A stretch of 64,000 nucleotides of DNA from Botryllus schlosseri (GCA_051294905.1 CM119371.1:13704001-13768000), one strand, 5' to 3'; positions 1-12,077 are shown, counted from the stretch's first letter. A program made the numbers and translations. Notes: generated by a model not told the origin, from the letters alone.

Positions 1-100
1 GCGTCATATTGATCGACAATGTGCTCATACCTCATTTTGGAATCCGCTAGTGGGCGTTAAAAAGCGTCCGGGGTTTGGAAACAAAAATATGGTAACCCTA
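1..100 (+). mobile_element. Right end of a TAGGG-type non-autonomous hAT element (same family as 5696-7913 and 31952-32986)
   Basis: Ends in aaaaatatggtaacccta. The preceding 90 bp align by eye with 7814-7913 and 32885-32986. Confidence 0.85.
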
Positions 101-480
101 ATATATATATACAAATACGTTTAATTGTCCATAGACATCTAAATGGCTGCGGCCGAATGATCCTGTCCTGGCGATCGGAACCCAACAGGACAAATACCAC
201 CCCGCAGGGAAAAATTATTTGCCAGTAAAGAAATTCCAATTTGAAATCATATGCGTGTTATAGTTTAGTACGTTTTGTCGATTCCCATATATTTTTACTT
301 AGCAGATATATTGGAGGCAACGAAATAGCATCATGTAACGAAGTCAATAAACCCGAAGATGTGTAATCACTATTTAGGGATCCTATTTTCCAACACACCT
401 CACTTAGCTCTACCGGTAAGTCTGATTACGTGAGGAGAGAGAGGTTAATAAATCGATAGTAATATATATGCAATCCACGA
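101..480 (-). repeat. Dispersed repeat; reverse-complement copy of ~6890-7260 and ~24000-24380
   Basis: For example, aattgtccatagacatctaaatggctgcggccgaatg matches the reverse complement of cattcggcgccagtcagttaggcgcctatggacaatt (7212-7248) and of 24331-24368. Confidence 0.75.
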
Positions 481-1341
481 TCATATTGGCGAGAAGCACA
501 GGCTCCTGATGTCCAATCTCATTCCGAATTTCCTACTTTGTCGGGATAAGGGTATGAACCTAATAAAGACCATCATCGCGCGAGTGCTTCAACCTCCAAC
601 CTATCGAACGTCCCGAAATCGCCCATACTGTCATAAATAAAAGCTCCGCACCTTCACCTCTCACGGTCACTAGCGACGGAAACATCACGATTCCCTTGGC
701 AACATTTTTCAACTTTATAGCCGAGGTTATGAAGAACACGCTACTATCTATAGCGGATGGAAAAGCTCCGGAAATTGACGCAATTATCGCTCAGTCCGCC
801 GGAGAAAATATCGGTAGACCGACACCCACGCCAGTCCACAATGTCGATGAAGAACTAACCAATTATACTGCCATATCGTCACCTGCTAGCCCGCAAATGG
901 CAATACAACAGCCTCAGGAAGTACAAAGATTTGTTCCTGAAGTCCACGCCATCGCATTCAACGATCATGCACTCCGCAGGTGCAGAGGAAACAAACAGTG
1001 AATGCATGGACCTAAGTCCGAGCAACATGACTGAGAATACTGTGAGTACCAGTCAGCGGACGCCCTTTTCTCTTTAATACAATGGAACTGTAGGGGAATA
1101 TACCGTAAAATCAACGAGTTTAAGCATTTCATCGGAACTACGAACCCGAAACCAGATATCATTTCGTTACAAGGAACTCATTTTGTATCCAAATACACGC
1201 AGAAGATTACTGATTACAATTTATTGAAGAAAGACCGAAATATTCACGGTAGAGGAATTTGTTTCTCTATAAAATGTGGGATAAATTTCAGCGAGATAAA
1301 CATCGGAGACATTGATCCAGTAGAAGCGTTAGCTATCCAAG

Positions 1342-3380
1342 CAGGGCTGTGGAGTCGGAGTCGGAGTCGGTGGAGTCGGGGTAATTTTCTGTTGATGGAG
1401 TCGGAGTCGTGAAAACTATAATAGCTGGAGTCGGAGTCGGAGTCGGAGTCGGTGGGAAAATACTGACTGGAGTCGGAGTCGGAGTTTGTGAGAATGACCC
1501 TGACTTCGACTCCGACTACAACTTCTCTATCATGAAAACATTTGCTTTCCAGGAATTTTCAATATAATTTTTATGTACCACCATTCACTGTTATTAATAA
1601 CCATACAGATCAGGTACGGCCAGCCCGTGACACGCAGGCCAAATTTGGCACAGGAGAAGGTTAGGTGTGGCCTGCGAGGTAATTCTCGAAATTATTTATG
1701 ACATCAGGTACAACTGCAAGGCCAACCAAAATTTGATTAGCATGACCGCGAAATTTGATGATGACTAAAACAACAGTTCTGACGCATTGACGTATCCAGG
1801 GGTCAGCCACATTTATCCCAGATCTTCGTATATGACCATAAAGTAGAATATTTCATAGCAGATTTATTTGACTTGAAATTTTTCTCGGTACTTCGCATGA
1901 TTCATTGTCACTAGATTTCTTGCATTCAGTATTGGAGACCCCTTCTGAAAATTATAAATACATATTATTCACCGAATTGAGTTTAACTATTCGCAATTAG
2001 GAGATAACGTGTCGTCCAACATGCGGCTTCGCTTGTGCACTCGCAGCGAGATCGTCGACAAAACATTTGCACAAAATGATAGAGGCATGTTCACTGATAC
2101 CGTCGATTTTGCTATGTCCAAACGTCGAATAATCCTGTCCTTGCCAAATGAGCCCAGTAGTATATACAGATGCGACCCCCAATGTATGCTAGCGACATAT
2201 TTATTGATATAGCCTAATTCAGTCGTTATCTCGCGCTACCAGGGCCTAATTGCGCATTGCACAGTTGCATGACATATTGTGATCAATTTAGAGCGTATTA
2301 ATATAAGTCCTGTTTGCAATGTAACCTAATTCAGTTCGCTCCTATCGACGACTAAAAAAGGCTATCAACATTCCAGGTGCCCGCGCAATGGTTCGTAAAT
2401 CTCAGGTGTCCCTTTCGCCGAAAAAGTTGCCCACCCCTGATATAGATAAAATTATACATTACTTGCAAATTACAACTCAGTTGCAGAGGGGAAGAAAATC
2501 GCAAGTTGAGTTTTCGCGATGCAGTCAAAATTGATGCAATTTTTGGAATTATACCATGATACTGTGACAGAGCAAATGCATCGGCTGGTTTTGTAAAATT
2601 GTAAAAATGATGTAAATATGACCAAACGATGCTTCCCACTTGACTAAATTTAAAATATTTGTAGTGTAGCTTAGCTGTTTGGGTCGAACAAATGATTAAG
2701 AAAGACTGGAAGTCCCAATCCTTGAATACTTGATTAAGTACATGTAGACTAGACATAGGCTATGGTCTTTGACTACTTAACTAAATTCCCTTTATGACCA
2801 ATGTCTATTAGTAGTAAGAGTGTGTGTGCTTGTAATCAAGATAGTGCGCAATGACAAAATTAGTAAGTTCAATCTCTTTATTAGTTGCTGACTCATACAC
2901 AAGAGCTACACTTGGATTTTTTATCTACATTTTTATTATACAGGATTGGATATCTGCCATATTTGAATGATTCATACATTTCAGGATATTAGAGAGTCTA
3001 TGTTATAAAAACTTGAAAAAGAAAGGATATTTAGCAAATCTTTCTTTCATGTTAATTGCATAGTGGGTAATTCGAGCTGTGCCACAATGAAACAATTTAG
3101 CATGCCACCTTTAATCATATGTTTGCATATGTTTAATGGTTGTATGATAGTCATTCAACCGACAATGTGGCATATAATTTTCGAAGTAAATTGGTAATAA
3201 TGCTGGAGTCGGAGTCGGGAGTCGGAGTCGGAGTCGGTACGCTTAAAGACCCAGGAGTCGGAGTCGGTACGTTTAAAGACTCAGGAGTCGGAGTCGGAGT
3301 CGGAGTCGGTATATTGAAAATGTGTGGAGTCGGAGTCGGAGCCGGAGTCGGTGGTAAAATTTACCGACTCCACAGCCCTG
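1342..3380 (+). mobile_element. Non-autonomous hAT element with GGAGTC subterminal repeats
   Basis: TIR cagggctgtggagtcgg / ccgactccacagccctg; perfect 8-bp TSD tatccaag (1334-1341, 3381-3388). Confidence 0.95.
1611..2439 (-). mobile_element. Charlie/Buster-type hAT MITE nested in 1342-3380
   Basis: End aagttgcccacccctg; flanks atacagat / atatagat (7/8). The same insertion is present in the sister copy at 29154-30020. Confidence 0.8.
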
Positions 3381-5089
3381 TATCCAAGTAGGCGACATTT
3401 CCATTATGAACATCTATTCCTCCGAATCGAGTTGTATCACGACCAGTCATGCAACGCTGTTTCTCGGGACGTATCACGAAAAGTATCATCGTTGGCGATT
3501 TCAACGCGCACCACACGCTATGGAACGCCTTTTTTTCAAACCGGAACGGACGACATCTATATCATATCATAGATGATATGGAACTTGTTGTCAACAATGC
3601 GACGGTGCCTACGCGATAGAAACTATCGCGACCGAACCCTGGTTCCACGTCTCTGTTAGATCTTACCATATGATCAAAAGACGTCAGTCACAAGATATCT
3701 ATCTCTGTGACGGATAAACTACTGGGAAGCGATCATTATATAATAACTATAGTGATTCCAACTTCCACGTGGAGTGTCAAGAGACCCACGTCTTGTCTTG
3801 GTCATTCATTTAAAGACAATGCACATAAACATTTTTCATCCGCTTCTGACGGGCCTGATGCATTGTCCTGTCCTTTTACATTATTTTCCTTTAATTTTCA
3901 TTCAGTGTGCATACCTCCTTTTTTATATCGTTCAAGCGGCTAAGCCAGGTGGGGGACTGATATCGAAGACTACTCCAAGTAGTTTCGATACCTTCCTATA
4001 TTTCACTGTATCGCATATAGTCTTGTGTTGCATTGAAATGCTGAAATTATTAGCAATAACTTGAATGGAATTGAATTGAATGTTGATCGAAACAATGTAA
4101 ACGGGAACTTGAAAACTCAACGATCAAGCCTAACCCTTATCCGAAGTAATTAGGTCAACTTGGACTTAGCATATGGTTAATTTCAATGAACGTTTGACTT
4201 TACCTATTGATTCGACAATGGAAGGGCCGGGCTACTCTATTCTTAGTAAAAAGCATTGATCCGGCCCAGATCCGACTCCGGTCGTATCAGAAAAAGTACT
4301 GATCCGGCTCCGGCCAAAAATGAGAAAATCCAGCCGGATATCGAATCCGGCTCCTGTCAATGTCCCGCTCTGATATGTTCCTACGTCACTGTGTGTATGT
4401 ACGCAAATACATCAAGAACAAAGATATAGCCTATATAACGTCCTATTCCTATTGTCTTTGCTTTTCTGCATTGCACATATTTTTCTTTCGCAGATAAGAT
4501 AATTACGGAGTATGTACCGCTGTGCGGAATTCTACACGTTAAAGATCGCAAATGCAGCATACACGGGGTGTCCTGCATACACGAAAAAAACATAAATACA
4601 TGTGCTACTTCGTGCAGGTGTAGAACCAGTAGCGACTCGTCCTATAGGGCAACTGGGCATTGCCCCACCTAAAATTCTGTTCAATACCAATTCTTTACCA
4701 TTTATAGACGCACACCAATCTATCTATATATACCGAAATCACAGCGAAAATCGTATTCTTCTTGTCCTTTCGCTTGTAAGTGCCCATTGGCCGATACATA
4801 GCGAAGTCTCTTCGAAAATCGAATTCTCTTCTGTGTTTTCGCCTTGCGAATGCCTAGCCGGGGCATGCCCCGGTAGCGCTCATAAAAAGCTTTCACTGTC
4901 TATTCTCTCAAAGCCGCGCACGATAAAGAAACGGTGATTTACCCTTTCCTATTCATAAAATTAAAGAGCAACCGGGGCACAATAGCTCTGTGCCCCTAGG
5001 GTGTGATGTAACAATCGTATCTGAACTATATATAGCTGAACTCGGTTACCGTCATATGCATTTCGTCGACCATTGCTGGTATAGGTCGA

Positions 5090-5640
5090 TTTTGATGGTG
5101 TTTCACACCATGAAAACCCTTGAAACTTGGTATGTCATGTCGTGATGGTGGTATTTAACACTGCCTCAAGTTTCAGGGTTTCTACTCAACGTTTAGGGTA
5201 GTAATTCCGTTTCCGAAGTTGAGTGTGTGCTGATCCGTCATGTATCACAAACAGATTTTACTCAAAAATTGATTTTGACGATGTTCTATACTGAGATCGG
5301 TTATGACATTGGGCACGGTAAGTCTTAATGTTCGTATCGAACGCTGTACCAAGTTTTAAGTTTGTCACGGAACTGTGTAAGTGGTAATTTCTTTCCTAAT
5401 TTGAGTGAGAGCTTACTCGTCATTTATCGCTAACAGATTATACGCAAAGCCGGTATTGGTCTCCATCGATTTTAACGATGCTCCTTACCTAGATCCGTCA
5501 TAAAGCTTTTGCACGGTATGTCTTGATTTTAGTATCGAACGCTGTGCCAAGTCTCAAGGTTGACACTCAATGATTAGGGCAGTAATTTTGTTATCAAGGT
5601 CGAGTATGGTAGAGATGTGCTCCGATCTGACAGTTTAGCC
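5090..5640. repeat. Degenerate ~190-200 bp tandem repeat, with further units at ~8150-8340
   Basis: Recurring gcacggta.gtctt.at...gtatcgaacgctgt.ccaagt.t.aag at ~5313 and ~5511; weaker copies at ~5130, ~8200 and ~8310. Confidence 0.55.
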
Positions 5641-5695
5641 TACAACGCATTGCGGATTTCACGCAAAAGCCAGAGTATCTGCGGTAACGTTAGCT

Positions 5696-7913
5696 TAGGG
5701 TTGCCATACGTCCGGAATTTCCCGGACATGTCCGGAATTTCACTATTAAAACTGCGTCCGGAAGGAATTTCTAAAATATGCCTAAATGTCCGGAATTTTG
5801 AAGGCTTGAAGTAAGCACATAATTCTTTCGTAAATCAACATAAACAAAATTATTTTTGGGCAGATTCATGCTTCATGAAATTTTTCTTCGCGCTGCGCGC
5901 GATTCAGTACCATGCATCCTATATTGGTTTTAATATGGAGGCTACCAGCCTCGCAAAGACTGCGATCAAAAAATAAATAAAAAATAACATTCATTTACAA
6001 AATGAAGTCTTATTGTAATCACGATTACAAAATAACGGTATAGTCATATAGAGTCGGTTTTAGGTCGTTTGGATGCTATATTCGAAGATGGTGGATCTAA
6101 ACCTGGGGATAGTTTGCCTTCATCCTGGGGTTCGCGAAGATGTTGAACGTAATTAGCTTCCAAAATAGGCCGTGAGTAAGTCGCCTGGGCAAATGTGCCA
6201 ACCTTTAGAAATCAGCTCATCAAATCATTTTGAAATTGGTAATGGAGTCGCGATCATAAAAAGTTGGGAACCACCGGATGTGCGGTGTTTATATAGCTCA
6301 GTGGTGCAGTGCGCACAGGCATTAGGCTGATAAATAATCTTATCGGCAGGGCCGTAACAGCTTCGTCAGCCCCCCCGCTGGTCTTGGGCCCCCCATAGGG
6401 TGATAAACCGGACATCTGGGGGACTTCGCCCCCCTCAGTCTCTACGCTATTTTGGCTACTTATCATCTATATTAAGTGTGGGTAACATTGTTTCGTCTAA
6501 CCGCGCGAAGCGCGAAAAATTTGTATTAATAATGATTGAATCGGTAAATATGATCGAGAATTTCATATATATTGCTATCAATTTTTATCCTCTCTCTGCT
6601 CACGTATTAAGATTTACCAGTAGAGCGGAATGAGGTGGGCTTGAAAAGGTAGGACCACCCAATAATAATAATTAAACATATCCGGGCGTATACCTGTAGG
6701 AAGGAACGAAACAGCAGTTCGTCAGGTCCCAAAAGAGCTTGGGTCTTGGGCTCCCATAGGGTGATAAACCGACTCTCCCCCCTCCATCACGTTGTTCGCT
6801 TTTACCACGTAATTAGTAGTACTAATTAGTGAGCACGCGCCAAGCGCGAAAATTTTCAATGATCCATAACATAATCGGTCAATAAGATCGAGAATTGCAT
6901 ATATATTGCTATCAATTTCTTGTCCTCTCTGCTCGCGTAATCAGATTTTCCGGTAGAGCTGAGTGAGGTGTCATGGAAACTGTAAGGCCCGTAAATAATA
7001 ATTAAACATCTTCGGGCGGGCGGACTCGGTGGTATGACTTCGTTACATGATGTTATTTCGTGACCGCCGCAATACCAAAAAATGTAGAATCGCATAAACG
7101 TATTAAACGATAGCACGCACACGATTTGAAATTGGTATTTCTTCACTGGCATATAATTTTTCCGTGCGGGATGGTATTTGTCTTGTGAGGTTCAGATTGC
7201 CAAGACAGGAACATTCGGCGCCAGTCAGTTAGGCGCCTATGGACAATTAAACTTATATGTATCGGCATAAGCCCAGTACTTTTCGGCCAAGGTTTTCTCG
7301 CTGCAGTTCGTTCTGGCACACCTCGTGGAGTCGCATGTTACATTACCCAAAACTTTATATCTCGGTGTTACGTGGCGCGGTAATGACCAACGCCGATATG
7401 CCCATTTTTATAAATCTTGCGTATTTTTTCTTGGGTGAAGGGCATGATATGAACATGACTTAACGATGTACATTTACGCTACTTGCATTTTCGAAGTCAT
7501 CATCCTCCACCAGCTCTACCGCCAACTCTGATCATGTGGGTGGAGAGAGGGTCCAAATTATACAGTATTATATGGAAGAACCAATATTGTTGACACAATT
7601 CATTCAAATAATTTAACGACCAGATGCATATAGTAAACCCCCAGAAGTTGCATCGAATACCCTACAGTGGGCCCAAGATCAGTGTTTATTTGGGTGGGAG
7701 GGGGCTGAAAAAATGTGACTTCGGCCCTGGTTACATCTTACAATACACAACCACATACTCCCCAACCGGATCGTGACCACCTCTAGTCGAAAGACAAAGC
7801 GTTGCTGGTGTGACGTCATATTGGTCGACAATGTGCACACAATTTACTTTGAAATCCGCTAGTAGGCGCTGAAGAGCGTCTCGAATTAGTGAAACAAAAA
7901 TATGGTAACCCTA
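5696..7913 (+). mobile_element. TAGGG-type non-autonomous hAT element with ~1.1 kb of extra internal sequence (~6347-7440)
   Basis: TIR tagggttgccata / tatggtaacccta; perfect TSD cgttagct (5688-5695, 7914-7921). Confidence 0.95.
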
Positions 7914-9053
7914 CGTTAGCTGAGATGATGATATCATTCTCAGGTTGCATTCAAATATTTACTTTGATATATTCTCCAATGTCAATTTCACCGTGAAATT
8001 GTGGCCTTCAAGCCATTTGCTTACAACCCCCTGTCAAGCGCGATAGCTATTTCGTTTTCGATGGCGGCTTACGGCTGATCACTTGATCAGCCTATTCCTC
8101 AGCAAATTTTACGCAAAATTCGGTGTTGGTCTGTTCGCATCAATTTTGACAGTGTACCATACCGAAAAGGGCCACGAGGCCACTTCTCGATGATGACATG
8201 TAACAGTGTACTAAGTTTAAGGCTTGCATCCACGTATTTATTCGGTAATATGTTTTCCAAAGGCGATTCCGCAGCAGACCTATAGATAGTAATAAAGCCG
8301 TATGTGTCGTGTTACACTCTCCAGTTTCAAGGCCAAAATCTCCTATGCTGTACCGTTTTAATGATGTTCATTCAAGTATGTACATAAAATATCAAAAATT
8401 TCATAAAGAAAATCTCTCCCCATCATCGGGTCATCTCGTCTCAGCCGTTGCCGAAGTCGGATTTGTATTCGCGGTCGTGGTAGACGCCATCATAGGTTGG
8501 CGCTCGTAGTCGCTCGGCTCATCTCATCGCAGCAGTCGATGTCGATTCGTGGTTACGGTCGTAGTAGGAGCCGCCAGTGCTTGGCGCTCGTTTGCGTGTG
8601 TTTTTTATATAAATTTGGTGGAGGGGTGGGGTAGGAATAGGGTAGGGTTGGGGGTGGATAGGGTAGGGGGGGTTTGTTGTTTAGTGTTGGGGTAAAGAGG
8701 GATGGGATGTTTGGGGGGGGGTTGGGATAGGTGGTAGGTGGATTGGTTGGGTTTTGTGGGTCGATAAACACAATACGATTTATCGCGCGAGCGTTTAATG
8801 GGCTCGCTTAAATTATTCGGTATATTTTACTTTTTATATCGTTGATGCGTTCGTCAATATTTTGGGCGTATTCATTTTGTATGTCGAGTGCATTTTTCCA
8901 TTCCCACACAAGGGTTTTCACGTTCATAAAAGCTTGTATTATAGTCGGAGCTTGCGGTCCGTCGTAGACGTTGCGTATGATCTCGTTGGGTGTAGCGTCA
9001 ATAGTCGTTTGCAGGTCGTTCTCGAGATCCTGTATTACAAGAGAGAACAGTTT

Positions 9054-12000
9054 TTAGTAAGTTGCACATTCGGCGAAAGTGTGACGTAGAGTGTCTTCGG
9101 CGTGTTGGCAGAATTTGCATTTGTTTTTCAAGTAGGCGTCTTTTCGTCGTACCCAGCCTGCGCTGGTTTTTCTGGAGCCTGTGAAGTAGCTCTCAGTGTT
9201 AATGCGATACGAAATCTCACGTTTCTTGTTGTCAATGTGGTCTTTGATATTGGGTTGGTATAGCCATATCTCTTTCCAGTCCGCCATGCGGCTTCCTCCT
9301 TGTTGCGTCTTCGTTTTAACAAGGATCTGGTACATTTCTTTCTGGCTTAGTTCTTGTATATCTTGTGATTGGCTTTTAATTACGTCGAAGATTTTCTTTT
9401 CCTTCTTCCATTCCTCCGTCAATGTATTTCTGTGAGGGTAGAGGTTGTTGTATAAATTGCAATTTATATCTCTCACCTTCGTTGTTAGATTGTATATCGC
9501 TTCTGCATGCCAGATATCGATCGGGTGCTCGAGTCGACTGAGTTGTTGTAGTCTTTTTGCTCTCTTCGCTTGTGTTGCAGATTCGATATCTGGCATATCA
9601 ATTCTTCCTTCTGGCTTAGGTCTGATAAGTTGCATTCTGCTTTTTTGCTCAAGTTTCTCAGGACTCCACAGTAGGCCGAAGACGAGGCGTTCGAGTTGCT
9701 TGAGCTTGTCGCCTGGAATTTGCTTGTTAGCATATGTATAAGTTATTTTGCTAATTATGCATGCCTTAATCGCTGTTATTTTACCAATCCAAGAAAGCCG
9801 TTTTGATTTAATATGCCTTACGCTTTTCTCGACTCCTTGCCAGAGTCTGTCAAAGTTCATTTGCAGTTCGCTTTCTCCGTGGTATAAGCCCAGTATCTTA
9901 ATTACTGGCTTTAGCATATGTGCGTGCTCAGTTTTTTGCAGTCTGATACGTGATTTTTCGTTCAGCGGTAGGATTTCCGTCTTGTCTGTGTTGATATCTT
10001 GACCTGTCACTCTATGCAAGCTTTGATATTCGTTAAGGACTGTGGTAATAGAGTCAGTTGTTCTTAGATACAGTGTGACGTCATCAGCAAATTGGTCTAA
10101 TTTATGCTCTATCCCGCCGATTCTGATACCTTTGATGTTGTCGTTAGTGCATAACTTGTGGGCTAGCGGGTCTGCGCTAATCGCGTATAGTGTCATACTC
10201 AAAGGACATCCTTGTCTAATGCCCCTCGTACAATTTACATTGGCTGCTTGGAGGCCGTTAACCTCGAGGGTCGCAATAGGATTATCATATATGGCTTTGA
10301 TCACTTTAAGAGTTTCTCCCGTGACGGGCAGTTTATCAAGCACTTTGAGGAGCATTTGGTGGTCCACCTTATCAAAGGCTTTCCTTGCGTCTATGGTCAA
10401 TATATAACCTTCCAAAGGTTTATCTTGATGATAATTAACAATTGCACTCACATTGTTGTGTATCACGTCCATTTGTCTTCCGGGAATTCCCGCTTTCTGT
10501 GTCATGTTGATGTTGCTCGAAATTTCCTCAACCAGTCTGTTGTTGAGAATTTTCGCCATTATTTTGTAGTCCGTGTTTAGCAGCGAAATGGGTCGCCAGT
10601 TCGCTAAGTTCTTTCCTTTGTGAATCAGAATAATTTTAGCGCGTTTCCAGCTATGCGGTATGTTTCTGTATATTAGCGCGTTGTTTATGATTTCTGTTAA
10701 TCTCGAACCAATGTTTTGCCACATAGCAAGGTAGAATTCCACTGTTAGGCCGTCGAAACCCGGTGACCATTCCCTGTTCATGGCTTTCAGTATTTGTAAT
10801 ATTTCGCTAGATTGTATTACCGATGTTTGTTCATTGTCTCTCCCGTGCATGCGGTCGTGCTGATACGATGATAGATATTCGTCTTGATCGTACGAATTAA
10901 TGCCGTCTTGTCGGGTCCACAATTCTGTGTAAAATTGTTCAATCTGTTTAGCAATAATATTACGGTCAGTCGTTACCGTTCCATCTCTGAGCTGGAGTTC
11001 TTTAAGCTCGGTCTTGCGCCTTCTGGTCTTCAATTCTTGCCAAAATTGTCTCATCGTGTTAGGTTCACCTTCGCAATGGTCAATTTTGGTTAACATGCGC
11101 AATTTTCCCTTTACTCTCTGATACGTTATCTGGGAGCCACAGGTTTTATATTTGTCTATTTCATATCTCTTGCTTACGTTGGCAATTCTATCTTTTAGCC
11201 TGTCCCACCATTGTTGGATTCCGTGGCAGTGTTGGATATTATTTTCTTCGAAGCTTATGAGATTAGATATTATATCTCGGTACACTTCATCTCGCAAAAG
11301 GTCATTATTACACTTCCAATTTTTTCTTCCCCATAGAGTGCTTGGCTCAATTGTAAGTGTTATTGTCGGACTTATGTGGTCAGCCACAAGGTTATTTTCA
11401 TGTCCTGCATTCTGGACATTGCCCATGAGTTCACGAGTTGCGTAGAAACGATCTATTCTCCTCGCGTTTTTTCCAGTGACATAAGTGAATACTTCAGCAA
11501 GAGAATGTTTACTCCTAAACACGTCCATCAGTTCCGCGTCATTAGTTAGCTTTTCAAAGTGTCTCTCTGCGCTTCTAACATGGAGGTTCTGTTTAATTCG
11601 AGTGTCTTTTTTGTCAATAATTAGGTTGAAATCACCACCCATTATAATCGGGACTTCAATTTCATGGATTTCTGATTCGAGTTGGATTAGGAAATCATCA
11701 CGTAACTTTCTCGCATCTGCAGATTGTCCAGACGGGGCATAAATATTTATTATAGCTTTTGGGCATTTGTCAATTTGAATGCAGAGGCATTGGGCACGGT
11801 TTTCGATCATGCTATATTGGCGTAAAATTTTACCTTCGTGATGTTCTTTGATCATTATCGCGGTACCGGAATATTGCCTCACTTCGTTCTTTGTGTTGAA
11901 GTAGACAATAAATCCGATATCAGCTGCCGAGTTACGTATATCCACATTATCGATCTTATGCGTTTCCTGAATCAATAATATATCCAAATTCGATGTTTGT

Positions 12001-12077
12001 ATATATTGTTCCAAATCCGGCAGTCTATTTGATAGTCCATTTACGTTAATCGATGCTAACTTCAGTAGGTTCGCCAT
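9054..12077 (-). CDS. ORF2: APE endonuclease, reverse transcriptase and C-terminal CCHC; the frame continues to 8808 past one TAA
   Basis: EN motifs LASINVNG, LIQETH, GGDFN, RIDRF, ADH. RT motifs SPGFDG, WRPISLLNTDYK, DARKAFD, GIRQGCPLS, QFADD. Zn motif CKFC-x8-H-x4-C. Likely start is MANLLKL (ATG at 12077). Confidence 0.95.
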   Translation of the reverse strand: MANLLKLASINVNGLSNRLPDLEQYIQTSNLDILLIQETHKIDNVDIRNSAADIGFIVYFNTKNEVRQYSGTAIMIKEHHEGKILRQYSMIENRAQCLCIQIDKCPKAIINIYAPSGQSADARKLRDDFLIQLESEIHEIEVPIIMGGDFNLIIDKKDTRIKQNLHVRSAERHFEKLTNDAELMDVFRSKHSLAEVFTYVTGKNARRIDRFYATRELMGNVQNAGHENNLVADHISPTITLTIEPSTLWGRKNWKCNNDLLRDEVYRDIISNLISFEENNIQHCHGIQQWWDRLKDRIANVSKRYEIDKYKTCGSQITYQRVKGKLRMLTKIDHCEGEPNTMRQFWQELKTRRRKTELKELQLRDGTVTTDRNIIAKQIEQFYTELWTRQDGINSYDQDEYLSSYQHDRMHGRDNEQTSVIQSSEILQILKAMNREWSPGFDGLTVEFYLAMWQNIGSRLTEIINNALIYRNIPHSWKRAKIILIHKGKNLANWRPISLLNTDYKIMAKILNNRLVEEISSNINMTQKAGIPGRQMDVIHNNVSAIVNYHQDKPLEGYILTIDARKAFDKVDHQMLLKVLDKLPVTGETLKVIKAIYDNPIATLEVNGLQAANVNCTRGIRQGCPLSMTLYAISADPLAHKLCTNDNIKGIRIGGIEHKLDQFADDVTLYLRTTDSITTVLNEYQSLHRVTGQDINTDKTEILPLNEKSRIRLQKTEHAHMLKPVIKILGLYHGESELQMNFDRLWQGVEKSVRHIKSKRLSWIGKITAIKACIISKITYTYANKQIPGDKLKQLERLVFGLLWSPEKLEQKSRMQLIRPKPEGRIDMPDIESATQAKRAKRLQQLSRLEHPIDIWHAEAIYNLTTKVRDINCNLYNNLYPHRNTLTEEWKKEKKIFDVIKSQSQDIQELSQKEMYQILVKTKTQQGGSRMADWKEIWLYQPNIKDHIDNKKREISYRINTESYFTGSRKTSAGWVRRKDAYLKNKCKFCQHAEDTLRHTFAECATY

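Larger units (their letters stand above)
696..3770 (+). pseudogene. Decayed I/Nimb-like LINE: ORF1 C-terminal remnant and APE endonuclease domain, split by the hAT element at 1342-3380
   Basis: 1074-1341 reads LIQWNCRGIYRK...PDIISLQGTHF...GRGICFSIK. After the insertion come IVGDFNAHHTLW (~3488-3523) and LGSDHYII (~3722-3745), which are APE-endonuclease motifs. Frameshifts and stops are present and no RT was found. Confidence 0.8.

Noticed and set aside
3140..3572. GVGVGV / ESESE ORFs (also 1224-1412 and 28181-28453)
   Set aside because: These are translations of GGAGTC subterminal repeats of a non-coding hAT element.
8426..8590. Hammerhead or HDV ribozyme call
   Set aside because: No CUGAUGA...GAAA core, and I could not build the HDV double pseudoknot by eye; kept only as an unknown structured motif.
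8553..8771. Proline-rich ORF or telomeric repeat
   Set aside because: By-product of the C-rich 3' UTR tract; no regular TTAGGG array.
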